Of a DNA stretch of 64,000 bases, positions 12,448 to 25,383 are shown piece after piece (positions within the stretch are counted from its first letter, which is position 1; every line of letters begins with the position of its first letter). Where the stretch lies: positions 84,878,001 to 84,942,000 of the forward strand of contig NC_042998.1 of assembly GCF_006345805.1 (NCBI RefSeq), in the 5' to 3' direction. Both the position numbers and the translations under genes were made by a program. The notes beneath the pieces were generated by a model. The model did no database searches. It was not told the DNA's origin and was given only the letters and a program-made list of their open reading frames with translations. The DNA is from Octopus sinensis (Eukaryota).

Positions 12448-14121
12448 ATCACCACTGACATTGGACTCTATATCTTCTATGCAATTTACACCAGCAATGC
12501 TGCAACGCCACCTAAAGAATAAACACAATTATGCCTCTCCTGGTCTCGATGGTGTTACATACCTACTTCTCAAACGCGGTGGGTACTTTCTTCTAAGCCA
12601 ACTTTCTCTATTCTTCCAATTCTGTCTTGACAATGGTGTTACTCCAGAACAGTGGAAAACTGCCAGTGTCATCCCTCTGTTCAAAAAAGGCGACCGCACA
12701 TCGCCTGTCAACTATCAGTCTTACCAGCTGCATCGCCAAACTGATGGAACCCTGTATCAGAGAAACCCTCTGGAACTTCTGGAAGTCTCACAGCCTCATC
12801 CAGCCGTCACAATTCGGATTTATTCCTAACTCCAGCTGCTGTAATCAACTCATTGAGTTTCTTGAGGATGTTACCCAAATCACTGATCGCGGATCCTGGG
12901 TGGATGTTGTTTACCTGGACTTTGCTAAGGCTTTTAACTCTGTGCCACACAAAAGACTTATGGTGAAGCTTTCTGCGTTGGGTGTAAGAGACGAACTCTA
13001 TAACTGGTTAAAGTCCTTTATTTTCGGCCGAAAAGAGGTTGTCACAGTTCTAGGACAGCACTCTTCGCCCTATGAGATGACATCTGGTGTGCCGCAGGGA
13101 TCTGTTCTTGGCCCCCTTTTATTTGTTGCATATGTTAATGACATAGCTGCCAACTTAAAGAATGCCACAGTGTTGAAATATGCAGATGACATCAAGCTGT
13201 ACCTCGAAATAAAGAGGTCAAATCCTATACACTATGGATCTCTATTGCAAGCAGACCTGGACACAATGCAGCAGTGGATCATGGACTGGCAACTCAAGCT
13301 GGCTGTGGACAAATGTACCACCATGCATTTTGGGAGGAGAACCCAGCGTCCACCTACTCCCTCCACAACACTAGTCTCAAAAAGTCTTCAAGTGAACGTG
13401 ACCTGGGTGTTATTGTCGACAGTGATTTGCGTTGGACAAAACACATCGCCAAAATTGTCAAGAAGGCTGAGGGTGTCTTGGCATCACTCACCAAATCCTT
13501 TGTGAGCCGCTCTCCGGCTATCTATCTGCGGCTTTATATAGCTATGGTAAGACCTCACCTGGAATTTGCATCACCGGTCTGGAACCCCTATCTTGCCCAG
13601 GACATCAATCGTCTGGAAGCTGTTCAGCGACGTGCAACCAAAAGAATACCCTCCAGCAGGCATTTGCCATATCCTGAACGCCTTACTTCCCTGGGCATGG
13701 ACACATTGAAACTCCGACGTCTGGCAGCTGACCTGGCAGACACCCATAAAATTATCAACCATCGCACAAACAATAACACTGAGCACCTCTTCAAACTCCA
13801 CCCATCTAACACCCGTGGACATATTTACAAAGTAAGAAAACAGCACAGCTCCCATGACTTCAGGAAACATTTTTTCACGCTGAGAGTTGCTGAAGCGTAG
13901 AACAAACCGCCGGCATCGGTTGTTAGTTGTCGGAGCACTGCATCCTTCAAGACTTCCATGCTTCCTGAGATTCGCCAACACTACACTTGATTTTCTCCCC
14001 TCCATACACACACAAGCATGTTCACTTTCCAGACATTTCTACATTACTGCATGTACTTTATATGCACTTTCTGACAAGTTGTGGTGCACCTGAGCACTGT
14101 ATACAATAATTTCATTATTAT
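12448..14121 (+). mobile_element. 5'-truncated CR1-type LINE (reverse-transcriptase domain to 3' end)
   Basis: RT motifs PGLDG, VIPLFKKG, YLDFAKAFNSVPH, SGVPQGSVLGPLLF, YADD, RPHLEFASPVW; two frameshifts (~12716, ~13330) and TGG>TAG at 13898; 3'UTR ends in (ATT)n. Confidence 0.93.
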
Positions 14122-14429
14122 CATTGGTTTACTTTGATCAAGATTGAACTGGTGGTTAAGAATCAACTTGTGTTAGCAGTCATTCCAACTATACTCCCTA
14201 TATGTGCACAGCTAACCAAATTAGAGCTATCCTGTGTTAGTAACGCTTACTAATATTGTATAGACAGTTTGTAGTTGGACAGAGGACATGAGATGGACGA
14301 TAAAGGCAAATGCAGTTTGGAGAGAGATTTAGATGGACAGAGAAAGATCGGCAAAATATGTTTATGAGTTTGTGTGTGTGTGTATGTGAGCGGACACACT
14401 CACACATATTTCTTTGTATAAAAGCATGT

Positions 14430-14461
<32 letters not shown>

Positions 14462-14486
14462 GTGTGTGTGTAATGTGTATATATAT

Positions 14487-14782
14487 GTTGTTTGTTCCTT
14501 CTCGAGCCACGCCTGGCTCATAAGGCCGGTTTCCTTGGCATATAGGTTCCCCACCTGGACGGGACGCTGGTCTGTTGCAGGTGAGCTGCAAGATGCAGGA
14601 GGAAAGAGTGAGAGAAAGTTGTGGTGAAAGAGTCAGCAGAAGTTTGCCATTACCTTCTGCTAGAACCGCGTGGAGCTTAGGTGTTTTGTTCATAAACACA
14701 CACATCGCCTGGTCTGAGATTCGAACCCACGATCCCTCGACTGCGAGTCTGCTACTCTAACCACTAGGCCATGTGTCTCCAT
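14487..14782 (-). mobile_element. tRNA-derived SINE family C
   Basis: Minus strand has an A box (tggcctagtgg) and B box (ggttcgaatc), then a body ending ...ggctcgagaaggaacaaacaac. Confidence 0.75.
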
Positions 14783-15111
14783 ATATATATATATATATGT
14801 ATATACGTATATATGCATGTATGTATGTGTGTGTGTATGTATGTATAGATAGATGTGTGTGCATATATGGTACTGAGGAGCAATAACAATAGTGGTATAT
14901 CGATATCTCTCATTCTCGATCACATTGGGCGAGTTGTCTCACCTGTTGGAACATTCAGTATTCTTTCACACTCAGCGTCATGCAGAACTTTCCCAGGATG
15001 CTATCTAGCAACAAACTGGTGTATAAATAAAGCACATACACTATACATGTGTGATTGATAGTGTATACATTATTAGATGTTTTTTTTTATTTGAAATTTA
15101 ATCATATATAT

Positions 15112-15514
15112 ACTCTTTACTCTTTTACTCTTTTACTTGTTTCAGTCATTTGACTGCGGCCATACTGGAGCACCGCCTTTAGTCAAGCAAATCGACCCCG
15201 GGACTTATTCTTTGTGAGCCCAGTACTTATTCTATCGGTCTCTTTTGCCGAACCGCTAAGTGACGGGGACGTAAACACACCAGCATTGGTTGTCAAGCAA
15301 TGCTAGGGGGCAAACACTGACACACAATCACACACACACATATATATATACGACAGGCTTCTTTCAGTTTCCGTCTACCAAATCTACTCACGAGGCATTG
15401 GTCGGCCCGGGGCTATAGCAGAAGACACTTGCCCAAGATGCCATGCAGTGAGACTGAACCCGCAACCATGTGGTTGGTTAGCAAGCTACTTACCACACAG
15501 CCACTTCTGCGCCT
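15112..15514 (-). mobile_element. SINE family A, complete copy
   Basis: Reverse complement of the 48240-48635 copy; (TAAAAGAG)n-like tail. Confidence 0.9.
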
Positions 15515-15694
15515 ATATATATATGATATATTATTTATTCTTAATAGAATTGAGGATGATATCACGTTAATGATTATATCAAGTGTTCAGCATGAAATAA
15601 AATAATACGGCCAAAAATATTTGTATATGGACGTACGACCTTGCTTCATATAAGTATGTATAAGTATCTGTGATTATAGACCTCGAATATTCTT

Positions 15695-15862
15695 TTCTAC
15701 TCTAGGCACAAGGCCCGAAATTTTGGGGGAGGGTTTCAGTCAATTAGATCGGCCCTAGTAAGCAACTTTATTGGCCCCGAAAGGATGAAAAGGCAAAGTT
15801 GACCTCGGCGGAATTTGAACTCAAAACCTAAAAACAGACGAAATACCCTAAGCATTTCGCCC
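15695..15862 (-). mobile_element. SINE family B fragment
   Basis: ccccgaaaggatgaaaaggcaaagttgacctcggcggaatttgaactc core. Confidence 0.8.
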
Positions 15863-16147
15863 GAAATCGGACCCAGTACACAATTAGCTATGAAGTTTTA
15901 CTCAGTATTTTTCATTTGCCCACTTACAACCTATTTTTTTTGTTATACGGTGGGTTTTTTTTAGCACTTTTGATATCTATTTTCAGCATGTTGGAGAAGG
16001 TTTTTTTCATCCCTTTAATATAATTATATAAATAATTATTAATTTAGTATGTATGTATATATATATATATATATGTAATCGGTAGTCAAGCTACAAAAGT
16101 TCCTCAAGCAATCGCGTTGTGCATGGTACTTCTCAAACTGTTTTTTG

Positions 16148-16241
<94 letters not shown>

Positions 16242-16699
16242 AATGACTAATAAAATATAATTTGTATTACAAAGCCTTGTGACAATAGTTCTGATTCCCA
16301 ATCAATAAATATTCGGCACGAGTTTGATGTAAGTTTTAGGTCAGTTTGCAGCTAAGCTACTCCAGCTGTGACATATGTTGTAACATAGAATGGTGGGTGT
16401 ATGTGCGTAAGTAAATCCGAGCAGTCAACAGTCTCGTTTATTTCCCGATTTTCTTTACGATGTTTACTTTTTCTCTCTATTGTGCTCGTCACGGTGAATA
16501 TTCTAATTGTTCGATGACTAATTTCACATTTGATTATAATGTATTCATTCTACAAACACTTGCACCCTTCAGCCAGAATCCATGTAAAACTGTCACAAGG
16601 GTGTTGACATATTTCAAACAGATGGTTCACGATATCAATCTCATTGGTTTTGGAGGACTTATAAACTCATCTTGTCCCCGAGATTCAACAAATATGTAA

Positions 16700-16872
16700 G
16701 AAAATAGTCTGTTGTGTCTGGAGAGAGTCATTTTCTTTTTGTGCCTTATGATTTAACACACTCACCGGTAAAATTTCCACTTATTTCTTATTTTTATTTT
16801 TCTAGAATTTTTGTTGCGTCTTGCAAACTTTTCAATAATCTTGAAGAAACAAGTGGAAATTCTACCGGTGAG
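16700..16872 (-). mobile_element. Penelope-like fragment with a decayed UUGAAAA-core hammerhead-like motif
   Basis: Homologous to 26311-26442; motif at 16802-16839. Confidence 0.55.
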
Positions 16873-16875
16873 TGT

Positions 16876-17017
16876 CATCATCATCGCTTAACGTCTGTTT
16901 TCCGTGCTAGCATGGGTTGGACAGTTCAACCAGGGTCTGGGAAGCCAGGAGGCTGCACCAGGCTCCAGTCTGATCTGGCAGTGTTTCTACAGCTGGATGC
17001 CCTTCCTAATGCCAACC
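16876..17017 (-). mobile_element. RTE 3' terminal fragment
   Basis: Same tail as 7385 and 9632. Confidence 0.8.
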
Positions 17018-17549
17018 ATAATAATAATGTGAGTAAGTAAATAAACAAAACCGAGTGTAGAGATACTACGCTTGTTAATTATGAACTATAAACAAAAGTA
17101 TAATTTAAAAGGCAATAACAAAATTTGTGGTGATTTTCACACATGTAGTAAAGACAGTCATTGGACCTGTAGTGTTAAACAATATGCCAGTCTGGGTGCT
17201 TACATGGGGTTACACAGGTGTGGCATATTTTATTTTGCTGAATCCTCGTAAGAAAGTGCACATTGCAAAAGGATTAATAAAAGAAAGAGGATGACTGTTA
17301 AAAATGTTTGAGAAACTCTATTTTACAGCAATACGACTAATATTGGTTTTTTATTAAGTCACAAAATATCACTTTCATACATTTTATAAGTGAGGAGAAT
17401 TGAGAATGTACAGTGAAGCAAACTATCTTTAACCAAAAAACGAGGAAGTTCTCAATGTTTCACCTCATCAAGAACGTTTTCACTATGCAATGCTCAGTGT
17501 ACTAATATGTAAATATATTCCAAGTGGTTGTTGAAGTATTGAACGACGG

Positions 17550-17588
<39 letters not shown>

Positions 17589-17857
17589 CTCTCTCTCTCT
17601 TAATAAATTAAAATGTACCTTTTAGTTGGATGAAATATAACAACTTAGCGCCAGCTGTTGGCAACCCTCAAAGCAAAGGGGAGATAATTTGAAGATATTA
17701 CTAATTTATTTCATAGAGAATTAAAATTTTCTGCTTAGAAAGAAAAATCTAATCAACAAGTACTAAGACTAGTTAACACAGTTCTATATTCAAGACATGA
17801 GGAATTATGTACATTATTTACATTTGATGGGTATTTGTCCTCATCTTGTTTGTTGTT

Positions 17858-17903
17858 GACACAATGTTTCGGCTGATATACCCTCCAGCCCTCATCAGGT
17901 GTC
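17858..17903 (-). ncRNA. Minimal type I hammerhead ribozyme motif
   Basis: GACAC-CUGAUGA-G-GGCUG[10 nt]CAGCC-GAAA-CA-UU-GUGUC: perfect stems I and II, canonical core, minimal stem III. Activity not shown. Confidence 0.75.
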
Positions 17904-17950
17904 TTAGGGAAATTTCGAACCTGGGTTCTCATTCCTAAGGTATTTTTCAA

Positions 17951-18053
17951 TCTTCTTCTTCTTCTTCTTCTTCTTCTTCTTCTTCTTCTTCTTCTTCTTC
18001 TTCTTCTTCTTCTTCTTCTTCTTCTTCTTCTTCTTCTTCTTCTTCTTCTTCTT

Positions 18054-18084
<31 letters not shown>

Positions 18085-18107
18085 TTATTATTATTATTAT
18101 TATTATT
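17951..18107. repeat. (CTT)n followed by (TTA)n microsatellite
   Basis: Direct reading. Confidence 0.95.
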
Positions 18108-19376
18108 GAGTGAGAGAGCAGTTCATGCCATCAAAGTAACACTGGGGTAAAATATACGAAGCCCAATATACTCATCATGACTACCCGTCTGATAAGGGTA
18201 CACCAGGCACATGCATCACAACCATATGTGCGCGACATGGTGATCTCATATCAAGATAAACAGCACATGACCTTGCAGGTGGGGCCCAATTAGAATTTTC
18301 TAGTCAGGCCATATCCCATGGCCCCTACCTGGGACGTAGTCAGTCCACCTGTGCATACCTTCCTCCTTGTGATACTTGTGAAGGCCTTTGAGGCAAGTGA
18401 AAATCAAAATCAAAATCAAAATGAAATCAAAACAAATCAAATCAAATCAAATCAAAATAGATGAACATTAATGGAATTGTATCTTTGTGGTACCAGTGCC
18501 GGTGGCACACAAGAAAACCATCCGAACGTGGCCGTAGCCAGTACCGCACCGACTGGCCTCCGTGCTGTGGGCACGTAACAAACACCATCCGATCGTGGCC
18601 GTTCGCCAGCCTCATCTGGCATCTGTGTCGGTGGCACATAAAAACACCATCCGAAGACCCGGCAAGACTAGTCAGGCCATAACCTGTGGCCCCTACCTGG
18701 GACGTAGTCAGTCCACCTGTGCATACCTTCCTTCTTGTGACACTTGTGAAGACCTGTTGAGGCAAGTGAAAATCAAAACAAATCAAAATAGATGAACATC
18801 AATGGAATTTGTATCCTTGTGGTACCAGTGCCCGTGGCACACAAGAAAACCACCTGTGTCGGTGGCACAAAAAATCACCCACTACACTCTCGGAGTGGTT
18901 GGCGTTAGGAAGGGCATCCAGCTGTAGAAACACTGCCAGATCTGACTGGACTGGTGCAGCTTTCGGGCTCCCCAGACCCCAGTTGAACCGTCCAACCCAT
19001 GCTAGCATGGAAAGCGGACGTTAAATGATGATGATGATGATGATCCCACTCAAAAGGTCCCTGAATAAGGGTTGTTTAAGGATGTTGAAAGAACCACCCA
19101 TGTTTCCAGAGGTGAATTATTCAAACCCCAAAGAATCCCTCTCAACACATGGCTATGATGCTCCCCCACTACTTCTGCTCGTGATCAGAGATGCACACAT
19201 CGTCAGCCACTAAGGGACATGCTCAACTGATTAAGGTCAAACAACTGACAAGCAAATCTGTGGTATTGAGCAGAATATTTGCTGTAGCCCATCTTTTATA
19301 CCAAGACAAAACAATGTACATAACACTTCCAATCAGTTAAGATCAGAAGCCATGAGAGCCACTGCCTGGTACTGCA

Positions 19377-19378
<2 letters not shown>
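18108..19378. mobile_element. ~550-bp microsatellite-associated element, copy 1, interrupted by RTE pieces
   Basis: 18108-18316 plus 19043-19378 join to match 63050-63598 (reverse complement) and 37138-37666. Confidence 0.85.
18317..19042 (+). mobile_element. Two tandem RTE 3' fragments with (GAT)n tail
   Basis: Repeated tggcccctacctgggacgtagtcagtccacctgtgcatacc; ends ...gcatggaaagcggacgttaaatgatgatg; short atccca duplication at the flanks. Confidence 0.8.
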
Positions 19379-19420
<42 letters not shown>

Positions 19421-19916
19421 GTTATTCTGGTCACAGCCTGGAATTAAACTCGGAATCTTGGGGTTAGTAGCCCGCACTCTTAACCATGACGCCATAAGCC
19501 CGTGAGCATATGGCGTAGTGGTTAAGAGCACAGCTACTAACCCCAAGATTCTGAGTTTGATTCCAGACAGTGACCTGAATAATGATAATAATAATATATA
19601 TTATTTACATTATTTACATTTGATTGATATTTGTCCTCATCTTGTTTGTTGTTAACACGTTTTGACTGATATGCCCTCTGGCCTTCATCAGGCGTCTTGG
19701 GGAATTTTCGAACCTGGGTTCTCATTCCTAAGGTATTTTTTGATGTTATTATTATTATTATTCAGGTCACAGCCTTGAATCAAACTCGGAATCTTGGGGT
19801 TAGCAGCCCACACTCTTAACCACTATGCTATATGAAGACAAATATCCATCAAAATGTAAATAATGTAAATAATCTAAATGATGTACATAATTCCTCATCT
19901 CTTAATTATAGGACTG

Positions 19917-19951
<35 letters not shown>

Positions 19952-20016
19952 GCAACAACAACAACAACATTGAAAAATACCTTAGGAATGAGAACCAAAG
20001 TTCGAAATTTCGCCAA

Positions 20017-20062
20017 GACACCTGATGAAGGCTGGAAGGTATATCAGCTGAAACATTGTGTT
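20017..20062 (+). ncRNA. Minimal type I hammerhead ribozyme motif, second copy
   Basis: GACAC-CUGAUGA-A-GGCUG[10 nt]CAGCU-GAAA-CA-UU-GUGUU. Confidence 0.7.
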
Positions 20063-20661
20063 AACAACAAACAAAATGAGGACAAATATCCATCAAATGT
20101 AAATAAGGTAAATAATGTACTAAGACTAGTTGTTCTAGAAGACGTACTAATGATCATAGGAGTTGAAAATCAGGATATTATAGTAACGATCTCAGATGAA
20201 AGGCAAAGTTAACCATGGTAGTGTTTCAACATGAAGCTAAGAAAGAAATGAATAATACATATGCAAATGGTTCTCTTTTGTTTTCAACAATGGATATTCC
20301 AGCTGTTCGATCAATGGTGGTACTTCTTCATTGCATTGACATGCAAGTGGCTGGGTATTCCACAGTCACGTAGACTGTTAATGTAATCATAAGTAAAATA
20401 ATTAGTATGTGTGGCAATACCGGACCATTGAATTAGGAGCAGAGTCATCCGACGGACTTCTGTGGTTTAGGTCGACCCAATTTCTATTTATAAGACTCAG
20501 ATAACAAGCTGTAGTTAAAAAAAAAATCCTCGAAGCAATAATCTACAAAGGCACAAGAAGCTCGTTTGCAACCGCATGGCTTCGCAGCATCTTGAGCAAG
20601 TGTCTTAACCTGGGGCGGTCAATGTTTCGTGGGGGTAAACGGAAAATGTGTAGAAACCCGT

Positions 20662-20681
20662 CACATACATACATACATACA

Positions 20682-20714
<33 letters not shown>

Positions 20715-20851
20715 GCATGCATACATGCATACATACATACATACATACATACATACATACATACATACACATACATACATACATACATACATACATACGT
20801 ACGTACGTACGTACGTACGTACGTACGTACGTACGTACGTGTGTGTGTGTG
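20662..20851. repeat. Compound (TACA)n-(TACG)n-(TG)n microsatellite within a decayed SINE-A-like copy
   Basis: Direct reading. Confidence 0.9.
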
Positions 20852-21936
20852 TCCACCGTTCGATAACCGTTATTGTGTTATTAACATTCCCGAAACTTAG
20901 TGGTTCGGCAAAAAAGATGGGTGGAATAAAAACCAAACTTAAAAATATATTTGGGTCTATTTGTTTGAATAAACATTGTAAAGTGGTGCCCCAACACGAC
21001 TGCAGTTTAGCGACTAAAACAAATTAAAGATAAAAAATAAAAGAAAAATGCCATATTCGTAGTGATATCGAACCCTGGATGTCATAATTACGAAGCAAAC
21101 TTTTTAACCAATAGCCATGCTTGCTTCCATAATATGTATATCTATACACAAAATGAGCGTAAAGTTTATATATTTGAACATAATTGTTTGTATACAAACA
21201 TACATTTATAGCATGAATCCTTTTTTTTTTTTTACATTTTGTCCTACTCCGCCCCCTCTCTCATTCTTTCTCTCGTTCTGTTATGCGTGCATCCCGATGA
21301 TTTTTAATGAATCTGTGTCACATATGGAGAAAGAATCTTAACTGATCTCCACCTTACACACACTAACAACCATTGTTCGCTAGCGCGCGCGCACACACAC
21401 ACACATGCACACACTATTCCAGATGGACTTATCTGTTCATCGCCGTATCTGTGCCTCACGAATATTAGAACGTCTCACAACCCACACACCACGTGACACT
21501 CCTTCTTCTTAATATATCGTCTGCTTTCTACAAAGATCTTATTTTGCTTCCACGTTTTTTTCTTGACTTACTTTTTAAAAACAATTTCTTTGATTTTGTT
21601 TGCATATGTATATATATTTTTAACCTCCTATTTTTAATTCTATCATGTTTTACTGCCACCCTCCCCTTACTAGAGTTAAACTTTCTTAGTGACATGAAAA
21701 GTGATGTTTAAAACAGCTTAAGTAATGCATATACATGCATATACTCGCGCACACGCATATATCTCTGTGTGTGTATATATGTATGGATATGTAAGCATGT
21801 ATATGTTTACACACACACACAAACACACATATACATACATGCATATTTATATTTTTACACATACACTGATACATATATAAATTATAACGCACACATACAT
21901 ACAGTGTGTGTGTGTATGAGTGTATGTGTGCGTGCG

Positions 21937-21986
<50 letters not shown>

Positions 21987-22637
21987 GTGTGTGTGTGTGT
22001 GCTGTCATACATGCATATACGTATTCTATGTCAGTTTGTATATGAGCCCCGAGAACTGCCTCGTTGAATATTCTGATAATAGTTTCATTAAAGTAAAATC
22101 ATTGCCGAGCGATTAATTTGAGGTGTGGCATTCACTTTCAGCCACGTCTTTCAAGCGATGAGTGTTTTAAGAAAGACTTCGTAACGATAAATTAAATGGA
22201 GGACAGTGTTTAAATAGTCTGAAAATAAACAAAAACAAACAAAAATGAATAAAAAGTCCCATTAATAACAAGAAAGTCGTTGTTATGAGAAAACATCATC
22301 TGAGAAAAATTTTATAATAACAAACATATTCCTGAGATTATATATGTATCTATCCTAAATGTTAATAAACTACAGCCCAGAAAAAAAAATCAAATAATGT
22401 TTTCTTTACTATATTCTGGGTGTGCTTTCAACTCTATTTTATACTATCTTCCACGTTCATTTAGGGCAGGGTTGCTCTTTGAAAAACGACTCTACACGAA
22501 ATATTACGAATATACACCCTCTCTTTGCGTCTGTAACTTTATGGATTTTAATGTCATTCTTTAAACCCATTCAGATCATTCGTTCAGTTTCAAGGTTGAG
22601 TTATTTTGATTGCCATATATACTCAGACGCACACGTA

Positions 22638-22742
<105 letters not shown>

Positions 22743-22783
22743 CCATAGTCGTTACTCGAGAGCAAGTATGGCTTCGTAACGTA

Positions 22784-24055
22784 CGAGGGACGTTCAATAA
22801 GTAATGTCTCTGACCCACTTGCAGTTGTTGCATGTGCAATCATTTATATCTCTATAGAGTAAGTGGCAAATTACAGCTCTGAATTAATTGTGGTTTCTGA
22901 TTTACAGGTGTTTGAACCGAGTCAAGTGTGAAATGGAGCCTGTTGAGTGTCGAGCAGTGATCCGGTTTTTGTATTTGAAAGGACGCACACCACGGGAGAC
23001 TTTTGATGAAATGAAAGTAACTTATGGTGATGATGCCCCATCATATGACCTTGTAAAACGCTGGCATCGTGAATTCAAACATGGTCGGAACTCTGTGGAA
23101 GCAGCTCCCAGATCTGGTCGCCCCTTCTGCCATTGATGAGGCATCTGTCCGTCAAGTTGAGGCTGCCATTTTGGAAGATCGACGCATAATTATTCGTCAA
23201 ATAGCCCATGAGGTCAAGATTAGTACCGGGTCTGTGGAAACTATCATTCATGACCATTTGCATATGCAAAAGGTGTCAGCCAGATGGATTCCCAAGTTGC
23301 TCACGCCTTTCCAGAAGCAAGAACGCGTCGAGTGCTCGAGGGTGAATTTGGAGATGTGCCAAGAAGATGAGTCAAAATTTTTCAAAAGACTGATTACACA
23401 GGATGAAACCTGGGTCCATCACGATGATCCAGAGACCAAAGCCCAGTCAATGCAGTGGAAGCACCGTGACTCACCCCCTCCAAAGAAGGCAAGGGTGCAG
23501 CCCTCCGCTGGCAAGGTCATGCTCACAGTCTTCTGGGACCAGGACGGAGTAGTGATGACAGATTTCCTGGCAAAGGGTACCACAATTGCAGGAGCCTATT
23601 ATGCTTCACTTTTCAGGAAATTAAGAGAAGTTATCAAAATCAAGAGGTGGGGCAAGATCAGCAAAGACATCCTCCTCCTGCAGGACAACGCTCCGGTCCA
23701 CAACTCGCTTGTCGCCAGATCAGAAGCACAAGCGTATGGCTATGAACTCCTCCCCCATCCCCCTACTTTCCTGACCTTGCACCCTCTGATTTTCACCTCT
23801 TCCCAGTCATGAAGTTGTTTTTGAAAGGAAAGCGTTTCCCAGATGATGCAGCCTTGATTTCTGAAGTCACGTTCAGGTTGGAGGACCAAGCTGGGGTCTT
23901 CTACAAAAACGGTCTCCAGAGCTGCATCAAACAATGGGAGAAATGCGTAACTCTGGGTGGTTCCTATGTAGAAAAAGACTAATAATTGTGCCAAGTTTCG
24001 TTGCTCTACTGCTATGGGAAGTGGGTCAGGGGCATTACTTATTGAACGCCCCTCG
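22784..24055 (+). mobile_element. Full-length mariner transposon (DD34D), defective
   Basis: TIRs CGAGGG(A/G)CGTTCAATAAGTAATG with TA on both flanks (22782-83, 24056-57). Confidence 0.95.
22933..23982 (+). pseudogene. Mariner transposase with two single-base frameshifts
   Basis: MEPVECRAVIRFLYLKG, RSGRP, WIPKLL, ITQDETW, QDNAP, 34 residues, then YFPDLAPSD; frameshifts at ~23122 and ~23761; no in-frame stop seen once corrected. Confidence 0.92.
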
Positions 24056-25383
24056 TACCATGCTTATACTATTTGTTTTAGATGTCTATGTAGGTGCGAA
24101 CAGATACTCTCGGTCCTTCGTTCTTGAAACAGCGGCACTTTCAGGATATGATCGGGGTTAGGGTTAGTGTTGTGGAAAAAGTCATGGCAAAATATGCATA
24201 ACACACACACACACTCGTCTTGGGTATGACTTTAAACTACACCCAGTAGTGGAGGCCCCTGGTATGATTGTCGCTGATTGCAACTCGAGATGAAAGCAAC
24301 TTTATTTCGTGCCTTACAACAACAGGTTGTGAGCACCTGACAATATTTTAGATGCTATCTGCCCAATCTGGGTTTTCTAAGCTTGTTTCAGGACTGCAAC
24401 TCCGTTAACGAAGTGAGTTGTAATAAAAAACGACCAGACTCGCTCACTGTCTCTAAATCCTTGTAGATGCTGCAACCTCGGCTCATATCTACGCATCAAC
24501 TGTTATGGCATACTTGTCCCTCCTAGGGGAGGGCGTTCGGAGCAAATGAACCACCTGGCCAGTGGAACATGTTCCCTCTATAACAAACAAAAGAACAGAT
24601 GCTAGAATTTGATCAAACTAGAATTGGGACAAGTGTCTTTTTACTGGTGCAGTTTGTATACGTTTAAGATATTCTTGTTTTCATTGCTTACGACGGATTC
24701 TAGCATCACACACACACACACACACACACACATTTCTGGCAGTATGTCCGTCACCTTACTTTTTACCCGTATTTGTTCTTTGCTCATATGCATTGGGATG
24801 CTACCGTGTATCTGGCAACATTCTTCAATTTCACCGGTAGTATGTCTTAGGTATTAGTTTCCTAGCCTCTCTGAATGATTATTTCTCTAATATTAACTGT
24901 TTTGTTGGATTTTCTCCAGTTCTCGTTATCCCCTTACAATAACCCCTGTAAGTGATGTTGCCATCCGCGACGGTGGAAGTATTATTGTTGTCGTTGCTGC
25001 TGTTGTTGAGCATCTAGTGATTGTGTCATTAGTGTTGTAATAGTTAATAATGTTTTCTTGTTCTCCTTCATGGTTGCTGTTGTTGTTATTGTTGCTAAAG
25101 CTCCTTTAATTGTCAACGATTTCTATAATGGCGGTGGTTGCTCAGGTTAATGGGAATGGCAGGAAATCTCTGTTGCGGAAAACAGTAACATTGTTTCGGC
25201 TTTCTGAACGAATATTTTCCGGTTATGCAACATGCTTTTATTTTTGAACCACTCCTTCGTCTTTCAACGTTGCTGTTGCTATTGTTGTTTGGTATGTTTT
25301 TTAATGTTGTCTTTGTTAGATTTTCTCTCCTCCTCGGTGTGTTGTCCGTGGCAATGTCACTATCTGCACTACTACTGCATTAC

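Larger units (their letters stand above)
17775..20116. mobile_element. Composite Penelope-like insertion of tRNA-head/(AAT)n/hammerhead units with later nested insertions
   Basis: 15-bp direct repeat GTACTAAGACTAGTT at 17760-17774 and 20117-20131; homologous HHR-bearing segments at 17775-17950(-), 19598-19745(-) and 19970-20116(+). Confidence 0.75.

Noticed and set aside
19508-19580. tRNA gene candidate
   Set aside because: No acceptor stem closure; it is the head of a repeated element, as are the other tRNA-like segments.
20543-21027. Many overlapping ORFs (HTYI/MYVC repeats), also at 31834-32114, 36733-37225 and 59003-59638
   Set aside because: Translations of microsatellites lacking stop codons; not genes.
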